From positions 190,092,001 through 190,156,000 of the forward strand of contig NC_042998.1 of assembly GCF_006345805.1 (NCBI RefSeq): a DNA stretch of 64,000 nucleotides. The letters run 5' to 3'. This document shows positions 13,240 to 26,454 of the stretch, one piece after another. Under the pieces are notes generated by a model that was given only the letters and a program-made list of their open reading frames with translations, ran no database searches and was not told where the DNA came from. Positions within the stretch are counted from its first letter, which is position 1. Every line of letters begins with the position of its first letter. Made by a program: the position numbers and the translations under genes. The DNA comes from Octopus sinensis (Eukaryota).

Positions 13240-13480
13240 GTATATTCTGTAACATCGTCTGTTTTTTCATCCTTGTTTTCGTATATATTCGATGCTTTCT
13301 TCCAAGGAATCTAATGCACTTAGCTTAGTTTTTCCTTGGGGCTGGCCAGATTGGAGCAATCTCAAGATTAATCAGCCAAAATGCGAGGATAGAAAGCTTC
13401 GAATGAATCGTCCTTGTTGTTTTTTTCTTGTATCGTCAATCTGGATGTTTTGTTGGCCCTTTTTGTATTATATATATATA

Positions 13481-13577
<97 letters not shown>

Positions 13578-14130
13578 TGAGAGAGTTGATGTGTGAAAGC
13601 ACGTGGTTGGATGTTTTCACTCTTTTTTATTATATATATATATATATATATATTGTCCCACCTTATATTCATCAGCACAATACTCTAAAGTTAAATTTCA
13701 TTTCATTTTCAAGACGATTATTATAGTTTACTTAAGTATAAAAGTGATTTCTTCGATCCATTGCTCCTTATGTCAACAACTGTTATATAGGGATTGGCTA
13801 AAAAAGTGACAGTCTTTAGTTTAACAGTGGCTGACAAAGTGAATCGTTCCTGAAAATTCAGATAGACAGTGATAAATATTCCCTAATTCCTTTGTGGTGT
13901 ATATTTAAGATTCTTTCTCATTTTCATTCAAGTAAATATAAATTCATTGCCCCGACTATTTGTTGAGTCGTTGTGCTCTGTTACGGAGTAATCATCTTAC
14001 TTATATTAACAAAAATTCAGTTATTTTCATGTGCATCAGATATACACGCGCACGCACACTAACACATGCACACACACACACACGCACACACACACACGCA
14101 CACACACAGACACATATATATATATGTGTA

Positions 14131-14168
<38 letters not shown>

Positions 14169-15840
14169 CAAATTGCTATCTAAGTTTAGAGTTGTTAATG
14201 CATATATGTTGCCGTGTTTGTGTACTAATGAAGGCTTCAGTTTAACGATAATAATTTAAAATAAATATATTAGTGTCTGTTCTCAATTATTTCGGTAGTT
14301 GAGTACCTTATAAAACAGCACACCTTATCATACACTAATCTATCTGCTGCACAATTATCTATTGTACAATAAAGTGATCGTAAAGTCATGTTAGTGTAGT
14401 TCTGACAAAGCGGTTTATTGTTGTCTAAAGAAGAAAAAAACGTATTCCATAAAGTTAAGTTAACATTAGCTTTACGTAAATGACCTCCTCATGAAATTTT
14501 TCCTTCCACATATATCGGTATTACAACATTATCTTTGAAAAAGACACAGCAGAAAATTGTATCACTATAAAATTCCTCTGTAACGATCAAGCAAATAGAT
14601 CACTTGACTCACAAGAGAAAGAAATATAGCTTGAACATTTCATGACGTGTTATAGCTATCTAAATTGATGTATAGTGTGTAAAATATTCTCAACACCATT
14701 TTAGTAATTTAAACCTCTGTATTTGCTGCAGAGCTGTGAGCTCTAGTTTTACTGAAGGTGCTGCTTCTATTTTATACTAATTAGTAACACTCATCATGCA
14801 TTTTCAATTCCTACTCGATTAGCAGAACTGATGCAGTTTTTCACAATTTCTTCAACTGTTGTTGGACGTTATGCCAAATTTAGGTGAGAGATTAGCCAAG
14901 ATGTAAAAAGCTTTATCGATTTGGAAGCCACTTTCCATACATCTTTCTGTCCATATAATTCTGCCAATCTGCTGTCATTTACTACCCATCTGTCTACTTT
15001 TCACAAGATCTAACTCAGCCATTTTGTTTTATTCTGTTCGTGTGTTTTCAAAAAAATAAATATATAATACGAGTAATAAATAAAAACAATTTCAAAGTAG
15101 CTCAGGAATGTTCAGAAAATACCAGCAAATTGTTTTTTAAAATGCCTGATTACTATTTCATTGATGGCATTTTTGATATTTTTATTCAAACTACGCGTTT
15201 CCAGGAGAAACCTAATACTACTTAGAGCAGCTCTCAATTAATTAATATTGAGAGGTAGAACACTGCACTAAATGCCTCTCATAGAATGGTTTCGTCCTAA
15301 ACTTGATTCCTGAGTTCAATTCCGACGGCACCGACTTTACATTAAGAACTATCATGAGTAGATAAAAATTGGTACTCGTTATTTAGATGTTTGTGTGTTT
15401 GTGAATACATGCATAAACATACTCATACACACATACATGCATACACACACACACATACATATCATAATTAAGCAAAAAGTAAATAAATAAACTCAACACA
15501 GTTAAGAAGAATAATATCTCATCAAAGCTGTGTATATGTGTATTGCTACGTGGAGTTTTACGTTACCATTCTTCGAACGACTGCTGCTGTGCTTTTCCAC
15601 GTTTTGTTTTACACCCAATGGTTTGTATTTCATCGAGCGCCACTGAAAGCAACTTAAGCCGGGATACTGGTTACACAGGTGGACAAATGACAAGGTCGGG
15701 AGAGGAAAAAAAAAAGAAGGAAGAAAAAGAGACAAAATGAGGAATGAGGCATGTGTTATTTTGTCTCTAATTTATATGTTAATTACGGAGATGTACTTGC
15801 ATAGCAAGTGACCTGATCTGAGATCGTGTGCTGGAACGAA

Positions 15841-15979
15841 AACAATTGGAAGGTGTTTATAAGCCATTTAAGAAACACACAAAAACCGCTTTTAAAAAAA
15901 AAATTAATGTTGAAGTGAATCTAACGGTTTTTGTGTGTTTCTTAAATGGCTTATAAACACCTTCCACGCTGCAATTGTT
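15841..15979. repeat. Inverted repeat with perfect 41-bp arms
   Basis: 15848-15888 ggaaggtgtttataagccatttaagaaacacacaaaaaccg is the exact reverse complement of 15925-15965; aacaattg/caattgtt extends it outward across an indel. Confidence 0.92.
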
Positions 15980-16208
15980 ATATGTTAATGTTTTGGCGTA
16001 TCCGCTGATGAAAACTTCGCCTTGCAAATTATTTCATTTACTAATTAAAGTTCGAAACCTAAGGTCCGGCTGTAAAACAAGGTAAATGCTTATATTTTTC
16101 ATTCCCTTCGAAATTGCTCTTAAGTGTGTTTTAGGCCTTTTGACTGTTCCTTCTCGTATGTAAGGCGACCTGTTAAGGCTCACCTCTTTTGTGTTTAAAT
16201 ATACGCTA

Positions 16209-16252
<44 letters not shown>

Positions 16253-16359
16253 TATATATATACTTTACTTAAAAGCAGCAGAAATTCAACAAAACCTATT
16301 ACACGAAGTTTCACGTTCTCGTTCGTCGGACAGTTTAGTTAAATTTCTGCTGCTTTTAA

Positions 16360-16930
16360 CCCCTTACCCGGCAGAAACGAATATATGCGTTTTGACCGAA
16401 ATCGTTTTTTTTTCTATCTCTGGCGAGTTAACTCGCCAAAATCGACAGCAAACGAGTTCCTTTGTCTATTATAAACTCTTTTTTGACATATACGAGTATA
16501 TTCGCTCACTTTATACGTCTGGCAGTGACGATTTCTGCCACCTTTCGCTTGAGTAAGGCATTGAAGACCGAGTACGATTTAGTCACCTGGAGACAGTCGA
16601 AGGGTTGGAAGGCACATTTTATGAATAGAAGTATTCACTTTGTTTTTACGTTGTTTTTTTTTTATACCTTTATATTATAACCCCACCATGTCGATAACCA
16701 AATAAAATAACATGATTTTTTGTAAAAGTAATATGATTTATGAAAAAAACGGGTTAACTCGTTTCTGCCCAAAGCGGTAATTTAAAATCAATATTATTGA
16801 ATTAAAATTCATAATAAATAAGGTTTGAAATATACCTCGAAATCACCATTCAAAACATAGTAAAATAAAACAATTAAAAAATATGTCTGAAAAAATACAT
16901 TTATTTTCAAAATAATTGTTGGGTAAGGGG
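16360..16930. mobile_element. piggyBac-type MITE
   Basis: TTAA-CCCCTTACCC at the left end and GGGTAAGGGG-TTAA at the right end; no coding capacity seen. Confidence 0.7.
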
Positions 16931-16986
16931 TTAAATAAAGCATTTTACTCTACGCCTACCTTTTTTCACATTTATATGTTTACCCC

Positions 16987-17024
<38 letters not shown>

Positions 17025-17028
<4 letters not shown>

Positions 17029-17245
17029 TGTATGTATTTGTGTGCCTGTGCTTGTTCCCCCACCATCGCCTGACAACCGATGCTCGTGTGTTTATGTCCC
17101 GTAACCTAGCGGTTCATCAAAAGAGATGATAAAATAAGTACTAGGCTTACAATTAATAAGTCCTGGCGTCGATTTGTTCTTCTGAAGGCGGTGCTCCAGC
17201 ATCGCCGCAGTCAAATGACTGAAACAAGTAAAGAAAAAAAGAAAA
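17025..17245 (+). mobile_element. SINE family A, 3' module only
   Basis: cttgttcccccaccatcgcctgacaaccgatgc...gcggtgctccagcatcgccgcagtcaaatgactgaaacaag matches other copies. Confidence 0.8.
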
Positions 17246-17548
17246 TACGTATAGTATATACATATGATATTTATAATAAATACCTACATTTACATATATT
17301 TCACTATTATATGCTTATGTGCATTTGAATATGTGTATGCATATGTGTTTGTGTACATGTGCATTTGTAAGATAAGTGTTTGCGTATATGGGTATGTGAT
17401 AATACACAGAAAATATTTCACACATTTCATACTGAATGTATAATTGCTTTTATTTTTAAAACTAAGCTTTCAGGATAAATATTTTTATTGTCTTTTCTAA
17501 GTAATTTATTTTTTTTACCCTCAAGCCATGAAAATATTTATTACTGAA

Positions 17549-17600
<52 letters not shown>

Positions 17601-17602
<2 letters not shown>

Positions 17603-18200
17603 AGAAAGTCAGTGCAAAGTGCCGTAGGACCACTCGTAGTGGAAGTCAATTGTTCGACTTTAAATATCGCTGAAGGTCGCTGACTTCCATTCCCCAGCTC
17701 CTCTCTCTCCCAGCATGCATCATAAACGAAACCAGGCGACAGATTGGCAAGTAGGAGAAGCACGAAAAAACCGCAAGTTAATAGGATTATATACCATCCT
17801 TAAACCGTAACACGTCCAAGTAAACTACATGTCTCATTGCATAACACACCACATAATCTACGTTAATCGGGTTTATAATCTCTTCATTTCCCTTATCCTC
17901 GTCTGCTTCATTTTGTTTCCCGTGCCCTCTAACTTTCAGGTCAGGCCGATTTCTTTCTATAAGCCCTTTTGTCTTTAATGTCCATCCTTTGTTCTCTCAC
18001 AGTCCGCTTCTTCATTAATGACATATTGTTGACCACAACGTAGTTTAATTCTATACAGAACGAGCCGGTACTCTGACATAAACAATGGCGTGGTGGATGG
18101 CTGGTAGACTGGTAGCCACTGATCCACTTTGCCTTGTTAGTCTTTCCTTGCATCCTGTTGCGTTTCTTCTGGCCGTTGTTACTGTTACATAACAACTAGC
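17601..18200 (-). mobile_element. Possible decayed 3' end of an RLE-type (R4/Dong-like) non-LTR element abutting (TAA)n
   Basis: Broken frames give RMQGKTNKAKWISG and WTLKTKGLIERNRPDLKV, resembling the zinc-knuckle and RPD motif region of restriction-like endonucleases. Similarity is weak. Confidence 0.3.
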
Positions 18201-18433
18201 TTTTTCCAAGTATTTTTATAACTCCTGATATTTTGCACTAAGAAAGACAATGTGTTTATTTATTAATACATGCGATTTGGTTCTAGATGAATATTGATAA
18301 TTATTTTGATTTGATATTTATTAGCTATTATCTATCATCAAATATTTATTAGTCATTATTATCATTTATTACATTTACTATCATCCCAAACCTTTTTTGC
18401 TTATTAGTTTACTTTAGTTATTTTCTTTGTGTA

Positions 18434-18930
18434 CCGTACATCCTCGAGTATAGTCCGCCCTTGAGTATAATACGCAGGGGATTTTTAGGGGCTGCATTTC
18501 TGAAAAACCTAAACCTTGTGTATAATACGCACTCCTTCTCTAACTTGAGTCAAGGAGGTCTACATAACGTCCTTGGTTTGTAAAATGGTATACGGTAACG
18601 TCCTTTATTATTATTGTATATATAACATAATGCAAACGTGTAGCTTTTTTGTACATTTTGTTTGCAGAAAATAAAGAAATAACAGTAATAGCGTTTAATA
18701 AATGTTGCTTACTGCAAGTTATGGATGATTCTTTTATGACTCTATAGCTTTCAGGTTTAGCTTAAGGTATTTTCGCGCCCGACATCACAGAATGCGTCTG
18801 AATAAACATTGCTGGGCAGCAAATAGAGACTCAGACATTGCTTAGAAAATCATTTTCATTTTTAACCTCGTATATAGTACGCACTAGGGATTTTGACCTT
18901 TAAATGCGGATTATACTTGAGGATTTACGG
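18434..18930. mobile_element. pogo/Tigger-like MITE
   Basis: TIRs ccgtacatcctcgagtatagtccgc / gcggattatacttgaggatttacgg with TA on both sides. Confidence 0.8.
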
Positions 18931-19021
18931 TACTCGATATATAAATTTTACTGCATTTGTAATTTGTCCTTGGAATTACAGTACTCTTTTGGCAATGAAA
19001 TTATCATCCACGTCATTCTCG

Positions 19022-19052
<31 letters not shown>

Positions 19053-19883
19053 TCATCATCATCATCATCGTCATCGTCATCGTCATATTTATCATCGTTG
19101 TCGAATCATCATCAACATCGTCATTATTTTCATGGCTTCGTTGAAAAATCGGGTTCATGTCGTTCCTGACAATAAAATGCCAATGAAACCTTTTCAGATC
19201 TTCCGTTAATTTCATTTAAGTCACGTAAAGTAACAACAGGTTTATTTTTATTTTATTTAAAGTGTTGGTATTGATAAAGAGATTTAATGTTAATAGAAAG
19301 ATTGGATGTGAGAGATCTCAACTAACTCAACTCGCTGTTGGATATATGTTAATGATATCAAAGTGAAAGATGTCAACTGCCTGATGCTCCACATTGGATA
19401 TCTATAATACCAGTGTGAGAGCTGTCAACTGTTTCGACCTGCTCCCGGGCCGATATATAATATCAACTGTCTTAACCTATCATTAAATCAATATAGAATA
19501 TCGAAATGAGAGTGTCGACACTTTCAATCTGCTATTGCATCGACATATATTTATCTATCGTTGATCGATGATGACAGGGAATTTGACTATGCGATTACTT
19601 AAGTAATACATGTTTGTAGAAGACTAATGAGGTTGAATCTTGCACGTGAATAACGGCAGCATGTAAGGTACACAGAATTAATGGCTCCATTGGAGAAGCC
19701 GGCTGACCTGGCTTCGTGGAATTTTTGTTTGGCCTCTGAAGCATAAATGCGTATCGTATATGAAGACTTTGTGCCCCTACTGATGAAGGTGTACCATCGG
19801 TATATATTGTTGTAAAGTACTCTAGAAGATATCTACAGATTTTTAGCCAAAACTACGTGTTATGATGAATGTAATGATAAATA

Positions 19884-20049
19884 GGCGCAGGAGTGACTGT
19901 GTGGTAAGTAGCTTGCTTACCAACCACATGGTTCCGGGTTCAGTCCCAGTGCGTGGCACCTTGGCCAAGTGTCTTCTACTATAGCCTCGGGCCGACCGAG
20001 TGGATTTTGTAGACGGAAACTGAAAGAAGCCCGTCGTATATATGTATAT

Positions 20050-20099
<50 letters not shown>

Positions 20100-20335
20100 C
20101 ATATATGTATGTATGTATGCGTGTGTATATGTTTGTGCGTCTGTGTTTGTCCCCACAACATCGCTTGACAACCGATGCTGGTGTGTTTACCTCCCCGTAA
20201 TTTAGCGGTTCGGCAAAAGAGACCGATAGTACTAGGCTTACAAAGAATAAGTCCCGGGGTCGATTGGCTCGACTAAAGGCGGTGCTCCAGCATGGCCGCA
20301 GTCAAATGGCTGAAACAAGTAAAAGAGTAAAAGAG
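19884..20335 (+). mobile_element. SINE family A, full-length
   Basis: tRNA-like head (tgtggtaag...ggttcagtcc), internal (TA)n(TG)n, 3' module ending in aaaagagt repeats. Confidence 0.9.
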
Positions 20336-21090
20336 ATCTACATGCATACATAATGCTCACAATCGAAGTAACATTCTGTGTTGGCTAAAAATCTGTTGAT
20401 GCGTTTTACAGTACATTATAGCAGCGAAACAAAACACTGTTAAAATACCAGTAATTTAATGTTCAAAATGCAAAATAGTCTGGCCAGTTTACTTTAACCA
20501 TTTATGTCAGTGTTCGTGGATAGTTAAGGGAGGTACACGACACTCCAAGCAGTGTTGAATCGTGCAGCATTTACAGTTGTTGTTTTTCCCCTGTCCACAA
20601 ATGGATTGTGTCCGCGAGCGTATAGGCGTAAGGTTTACATTCGTCGTAACAGAGTGTTAGCTAAGAATCCGTAGCAATGTTTTAAAGTACATTATGGCAA
20701 TGAAATGAAGCACTATTAGTACACCAGTAATATATGTTTGTATATGTGTGCGTTAATTAGAGGCACACTAAGCAGCGTTGATTAAATTAAAGGTGTATAC
20801 ATCTATAAAGGTGTATACATCTATATTTAACACGATGATGTAAATACATGCGCATGCACGCACGCACACACACACACAAACACACATACATACATACACT
20901 CATACACACACACACAAACACACACACATATATATATACATATATATTCGTATATATATTTATATATTAATATATATATAAATAGCGTTTAACGCAGGTA
21001 TATATATATTATATATATATATAAATATAATATATGTATATATATTATATATAAATATGATATATATTATATATATTATATATAAATATA

Positions 21091-21126
<36 letters not shown>

Positions 21127-21404
21127 ATACAAAATCTTCCACGTAAACCCGAAGTTTCTACCTTAAAAGCAAGGAGTTACATCCTCTTTACTTGTGTGAT
21201 TTTTTGCTACCCTTGTAAATATTTATCTTTTTTATCCATGTTAATTGTTAACAAAGGAAAATACACTCATCCATATATATATATATATATATAATATATA
21301 TATATATAATATATACATACATACATACATACATACATACATACATACATACATACATACATACATACATACATACATACATACGCATAACGATACAAAG
21401 TAAC

Positions 21405-22075
21405 CTTAATGATGTAGATATTTAGATACTAACTTAGATTTGCAATTAAATTTAAACCCTACCGTAAGCCCAATGAAATGCTATTTTATATTAACAAATA
21501 GTCAAATCATCTTCCCGTAATTTTGAAAGATCTAGTTAGTAATATAGGAAGGCGCATATCATCCAGCGTTTCAAAATGCTGCACCGTATTATAATAAAGT
21601 ATTAAGGAACAGTGGATTCTCGGAGAAGATCCAGTATAGTCAAACTACTACTAGCAATAATAGAACAAGTGGAACTAGAACTAGGAAAGTTTTGCGGTTT
21701 AATCCAGCATTTAACATTGCCGTAAAAGCAAATATAGGTAGAGAATTATTAAAACTAGTTTCTAAACATTTTCAAACTAGCCCTAAGTTCTATAGAATTT
21801 TTAATAGGAGAACGCTGAAGGTTTGCTATTCACGTTGCAAAACTTCGCCTCTTTAATTAATCAGCACAACACGAAAATCATTAGAAGCAACCTCAGTGCT
21901 GAATTTAACCAGAAGACTTGCAATTTCAAAGATCAGAGTTGCAGTCCGTTAGAAGGAAAATGTCTAGAGAAAGGAATAGTTTATAGAGCCTAAAGTACAA
22001 ATAGATGACTCACAAGAATACAAAACATACACAGGAGCTTCGGAAAATTCAGGACTGGATTTTATTCCCACCGAA
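21405..22075 (+). mobile_element. Penelope-like element remnant (RT thumb, linker and start of GIY-YIG endonuclease)
   Basis: Frames with stops and shifts read KPYRKPN..YINK*SNHLP, FQNAAPYYNKVLRNSGF, RKVLRFNP..VKANIGRELLKLVSKHF..IFNRRTLKVCYS, PLEGKCLEKGIVYRA, YKTYTGAS. Confidence 0.8.
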
Positions 22076-24609
22076 ATTCTTTTTGATACCCCGATAAGTA
22101 GCAGAAAAATAATAATAGGGTAAATCCCTAAAGGCAATACCTCAGCATCGTTGCAGTTCAATTATGAGGGCGATGAAATAATTTAAAAACCTAAAAGAAC
22201 AAAATAAAAATGAAATTATAGAAAATTACATGTGTAATCACCTTTATATGATTTTACATGTTTTTATTTCATATTTATTAATAGTTGCTCAATAAACAGA
22301 ATATAATTTAAACATCAATATTTTAGTATTCCCTCTTTTCAGTAATAACTGTGAAATATTTAAATTTTTAGTGTTCATTGACACAAATTACATGCATAAT
22401 ATATTGATTTCCAGGTCTCAAATTTAGTGAGAGGGTATCGTTTATTTAATCGGCTGATATTTCTTTTATTGTATTCTAAAGTAAAAATTTAAAAAAACGG
22501 AGTCGTCTAAGCGGGATTCGAAACCAGAACGTAGAAATTCATAACAATATCACAATGTTCTAAAATGTTCACCAATGCACTTCCCTGTTGTATATAAATG
22601 ATATAGTGATTCTTAGCCACAATGCTAGTTTTCAGAATGAAAGTCTGGTGTAGATTTTAGTAAATGGACCCCATTATATAACTGATATTTTCCTACTGAT
22701 CTCCTGAGAAGTTGAAGGTGAAGTCATGATTTTTAAAGTTACTCTAGAAAAATTTGATATTAGACTATTGTTAGATAGCGTCACGTGAGCCAAACTCGGG
22801 TTTGAAGTTGTTTCAACAATACCACTTTCTCATTGTATCAAACAATATTATTAAACATTATAGGCGGCCAACTGGCTGACTTGTGACTTCGCAGGGCAAA
22901 ATGCTCCACAGAATTCCTTTCGGCTCTCTACGTTCTGAGTTTAAATTCAGTCGAGATCGATTTTGTTTTTCACTCTTTCGTGATCAATAAAATAAGAACC
23001 AGTCAAGTGCTGGAATCGTTGTAATTGACTTGCTCTTTCTTTCAAATCCGCTGGTCTTTACTAAAATTTGAGAGCATAATAATAAATTGAAATGTTGATT
23101 TCTAACATTTGACGAGTCCATATACTAGGGGTGTAGTCGATTCATTAGATCATAGGACATAATTAGTACCTGTTTATTCAATATGGAACAGACAAAAAGA
23201 CAAAGTGAACAGTGGTAGAATTTAATCTTAGGACAAAAAAGAGGTGTATTTAAATATCGTAGGATATTTAATCTCTTTTATTTTTGCCTGATCACCAACT
23301 TATCTTCCTTATTATCATCCTAGTAATCAGAAAGAAGTCATTTTCTTATAATGGAGCACCAGTATCCGAATGGATAAAATGATGTCACTTTAACTTAAAT
23401 ATCATAAGTTTCGACTCCAGTACTAAACTGGAAATAGCTTTTAACCAAAGCTTAACATTATTCCACTTATCTTGTGGTAGGTTTTTGGAACAAATAAGAA
23501 CGGACAATCTGGGGAGGGGCCGAGCTATGTTGGAATGTATGTAAAGTTTATCAAGTTGCAATGTTGGCATTGAACTGATTCTGCATGCGTTAAAATGAAA
23601 GGACTGATTATCTTCATATATATTGTAGTTGTTATTGTAGTTGTAGTTCATATATATTGTAGTTGTTATCTTCATATATGTTATCTTCAAATATATTGTA
23701 GTTATTATTCGTTCCATATAAGCTCTGATCGAGTAGCTTGATTTCCATGACCAACACCATCAGGTTTTGGCTTAGTGTTTCCAATGTGCTCTTCGTTAAG
23801 GGAGTGGAATGCAATTTGTTATTTCTAGTAGGTTGTGCGACTAGGAAAAGGTACCAGCATTGGATCGTATGACTTACTAAAGCAGAGATTAACTTCTTTT
23901 TGTGAAAACCAACTTGTCAGGACGGTTGTTAACTTTTAATATCTCAATGATTGTTGTGTAATCCCCAAAGCATCAGTTAATCTGTGAAACTTAATATTTC
24001 CATTGTCGTAAGCATTCTTGACGTAACCATGCCATCTATACTTTAGGCATTGTGTCTATGTATGTATTGCATTCTTACCTTTTATCTCAAGCTAAGGATG
24101 TGATCTGGTGGACATTTGGTCACTATTTCCTGCAGGTCGATCGGTCACTAAATAAAAAAGAAGTAGTAATAATATACCAGATGTAATACAAAAATCATGT
24201 CACAAAACAAAAAAAAGTGATATGAAATATAGTTGCTCCAATCGCCATAGCACTTCGTCATATTTATATAATGTTAATCCCAGACGAAAATTGAATCAGT
24301 TGAACATCTAAATAAAGATTACTTCAGGCAATCCAACAGAAATTGTAAACCAGCATGACGTTGTGTCGGTATATTTGTATATTAAGTTAAAGCGTTGGAC
24401 TGAAGTGAGTCGCAAATAAGTTTGAATGCAGAGAATAGACAGTCAAAGAGTAAGTATATATATATATATACATACATTCATACACACATATAGAAAGAGA
24501 CAGAAATAGTGTGGCGTACGTAGCAAGCGGAAGTGGGAAATGAGAGAAAAGAAAGATGGAGGAAAGGCACAGTTTATGTGTAAGGGAACGGGAGAAACGC
24601 TGGTATTTA

Positions 24610-24815
<206 letters not shown>

Positions 24816-25091
24816 GCTTACATTTACATTGTTTCAACATAAATGAGATGTGTACACATACATCTTTATCTTTCCAGTAAACAGAAAGATGTTGACAGTA
24901 AAATAATAAATTTATGCATATATACACGCGTACATACAAAGAAACCCTGAGTCCGACAAAATATGCTTTTTCGTACTCACAGTCATGGATAAAACGTACA
25001 GATACATTCTCCTTTCTTTGACAGTTCATTATTCTATGTAGCCTGACAATATTTCTATGACCATGTCACCTCAACACACACACACACACAC

Positions 25092-25188
<97 letters not shown>

Positions 25189-25576
25189 TATATTATTATT
25201 TCAATGGTATTGCCTCCATTGAAATCATAAATTGGAACTTAGCTCAATTAGAGCACTTAATTCTAGTCTGTTTCTGAGCTTTGTTAATGTTAAGAATCTC
25301 TACAAAAATTGTAGAATTTATATATATATATATATAAATGTAAGGCCCAGGGATCGAGGTGTAAGAAGAAAGTTACCTTCAAACAATCCGTATTAAATAT
25401 TTAAAAAAAACAACTTTCAGGGGCAATATTGGTTTATTGAGACAGAAGGTTGTGAATTTTTTCGTACGATAAACTAAAAAAAAGTTCTTTTTATAATTCA
25501 CGGTAGGTGACCAAGGTTGCCGGGTGTGCGAATAAGAATACAAGAGTTACGGAATGGAATATATAAAATCTGGGCT

Positions 25577-25895
25577 ATATATGTTTCATTGCGATCGGAA
25601 CCTCGGAAGCGATATATATCCAAGTGTGGTGTATACCGCAGGTTACTCTTCAAGCCAAGCATATCTTGATGAAATGAAAGGTTACATTGTCACAAGGAGG
25701 TATCCCAAGGAGGTACATGTTAACGCATGGAAGATTCAGTCAGAATCTTCCATGCATTAACATGTACCTCCTTGTGACAATGTAAACTTTCATCTAAGGA
25801 AGATATCCTTGGCTGAAGAGTAGTCCGCGGTATACATCTCGCTTGGATATTTGCCACTTCTGAGGTGAGGTTCCGCTCGCTATGAAACGTACGTA
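25577..25895. repeat. Fold-back palindrome, ~160-bp arms, 5-nt loop at 25738-25742
   Basis: catgttaacgcatggaagattc-agtca-gaatcttccatgcattaacatg at the centre; arms remain alignable out to tgtttcattgcg / cgctatgaaacg. Confidence 0.92.
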
Positions 25896-25981
25896 GCGCG
25901 GATCATACATACATACATGCATACATACATACATACATACACATACACACACACACACCACACACACACACACACACACAC

Positions 25982-26018
<37 letters not shown>

Positions 26019-26044
26019 GTATGTATGTATGTATATATATATAG

Positions 26045-26245
26045 GAGAGGTTACGAAACAAACAAAAGACGAAGACAGGTGGTGTACAAAACAAACATAT
26101 GTATTAGTATAACGCTCAGGAATAGAAAAAAGTATTTTACGTTTCGAGCCTACGCTCTTCTACAGAAAGGGACACAGAAAAAACAAGGAGAGAAAAAAAT
26201 GTGTGTAGTGGCTAACGATATGCATATTAATAAATTTGTGCTGTA
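26045..26245 (-). mobile_element. Penelope-type terminal-repeat fragment with hammerhead-like core
   Basis: Minus strand reads tttCTGTAGAAGAGCGTAGGCTCGAAACGTAaaa; shares cctgagcgt downstream with the 45690 and 48500 copies. Confidence 0.5.
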
Positions 26246-26454
26246 ATAAAATTGTATTGAATAACCTAATAATGTTAAATTGATTTTATATATAATGTGA
26301 CATAAAAAAAAAACTAATATTAATATATGTATGTACATATGTATATACATACACATACACATGCACACATACACATACCAGCATACTAGGTATTGCCGAA
26401 AGTAATACAAAAGTGGGCTTAACTTGGTCATGTTAGTAGTGTAACTCTTCCTCT

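Noticed and set aside
24079-24147. 69-bp segment bounded by good minus-strand AG and GTAAG splice signals
   Set aside because: Stop codons in all three frames; could only be non-coding and nothing else supports it.
25858-25893. CTGAGG...GAAACGTA in the palindrome right arm as a hammerhead
   Set aside because: Core spacing and helix II do not fit, and the left arm does not preserve it.
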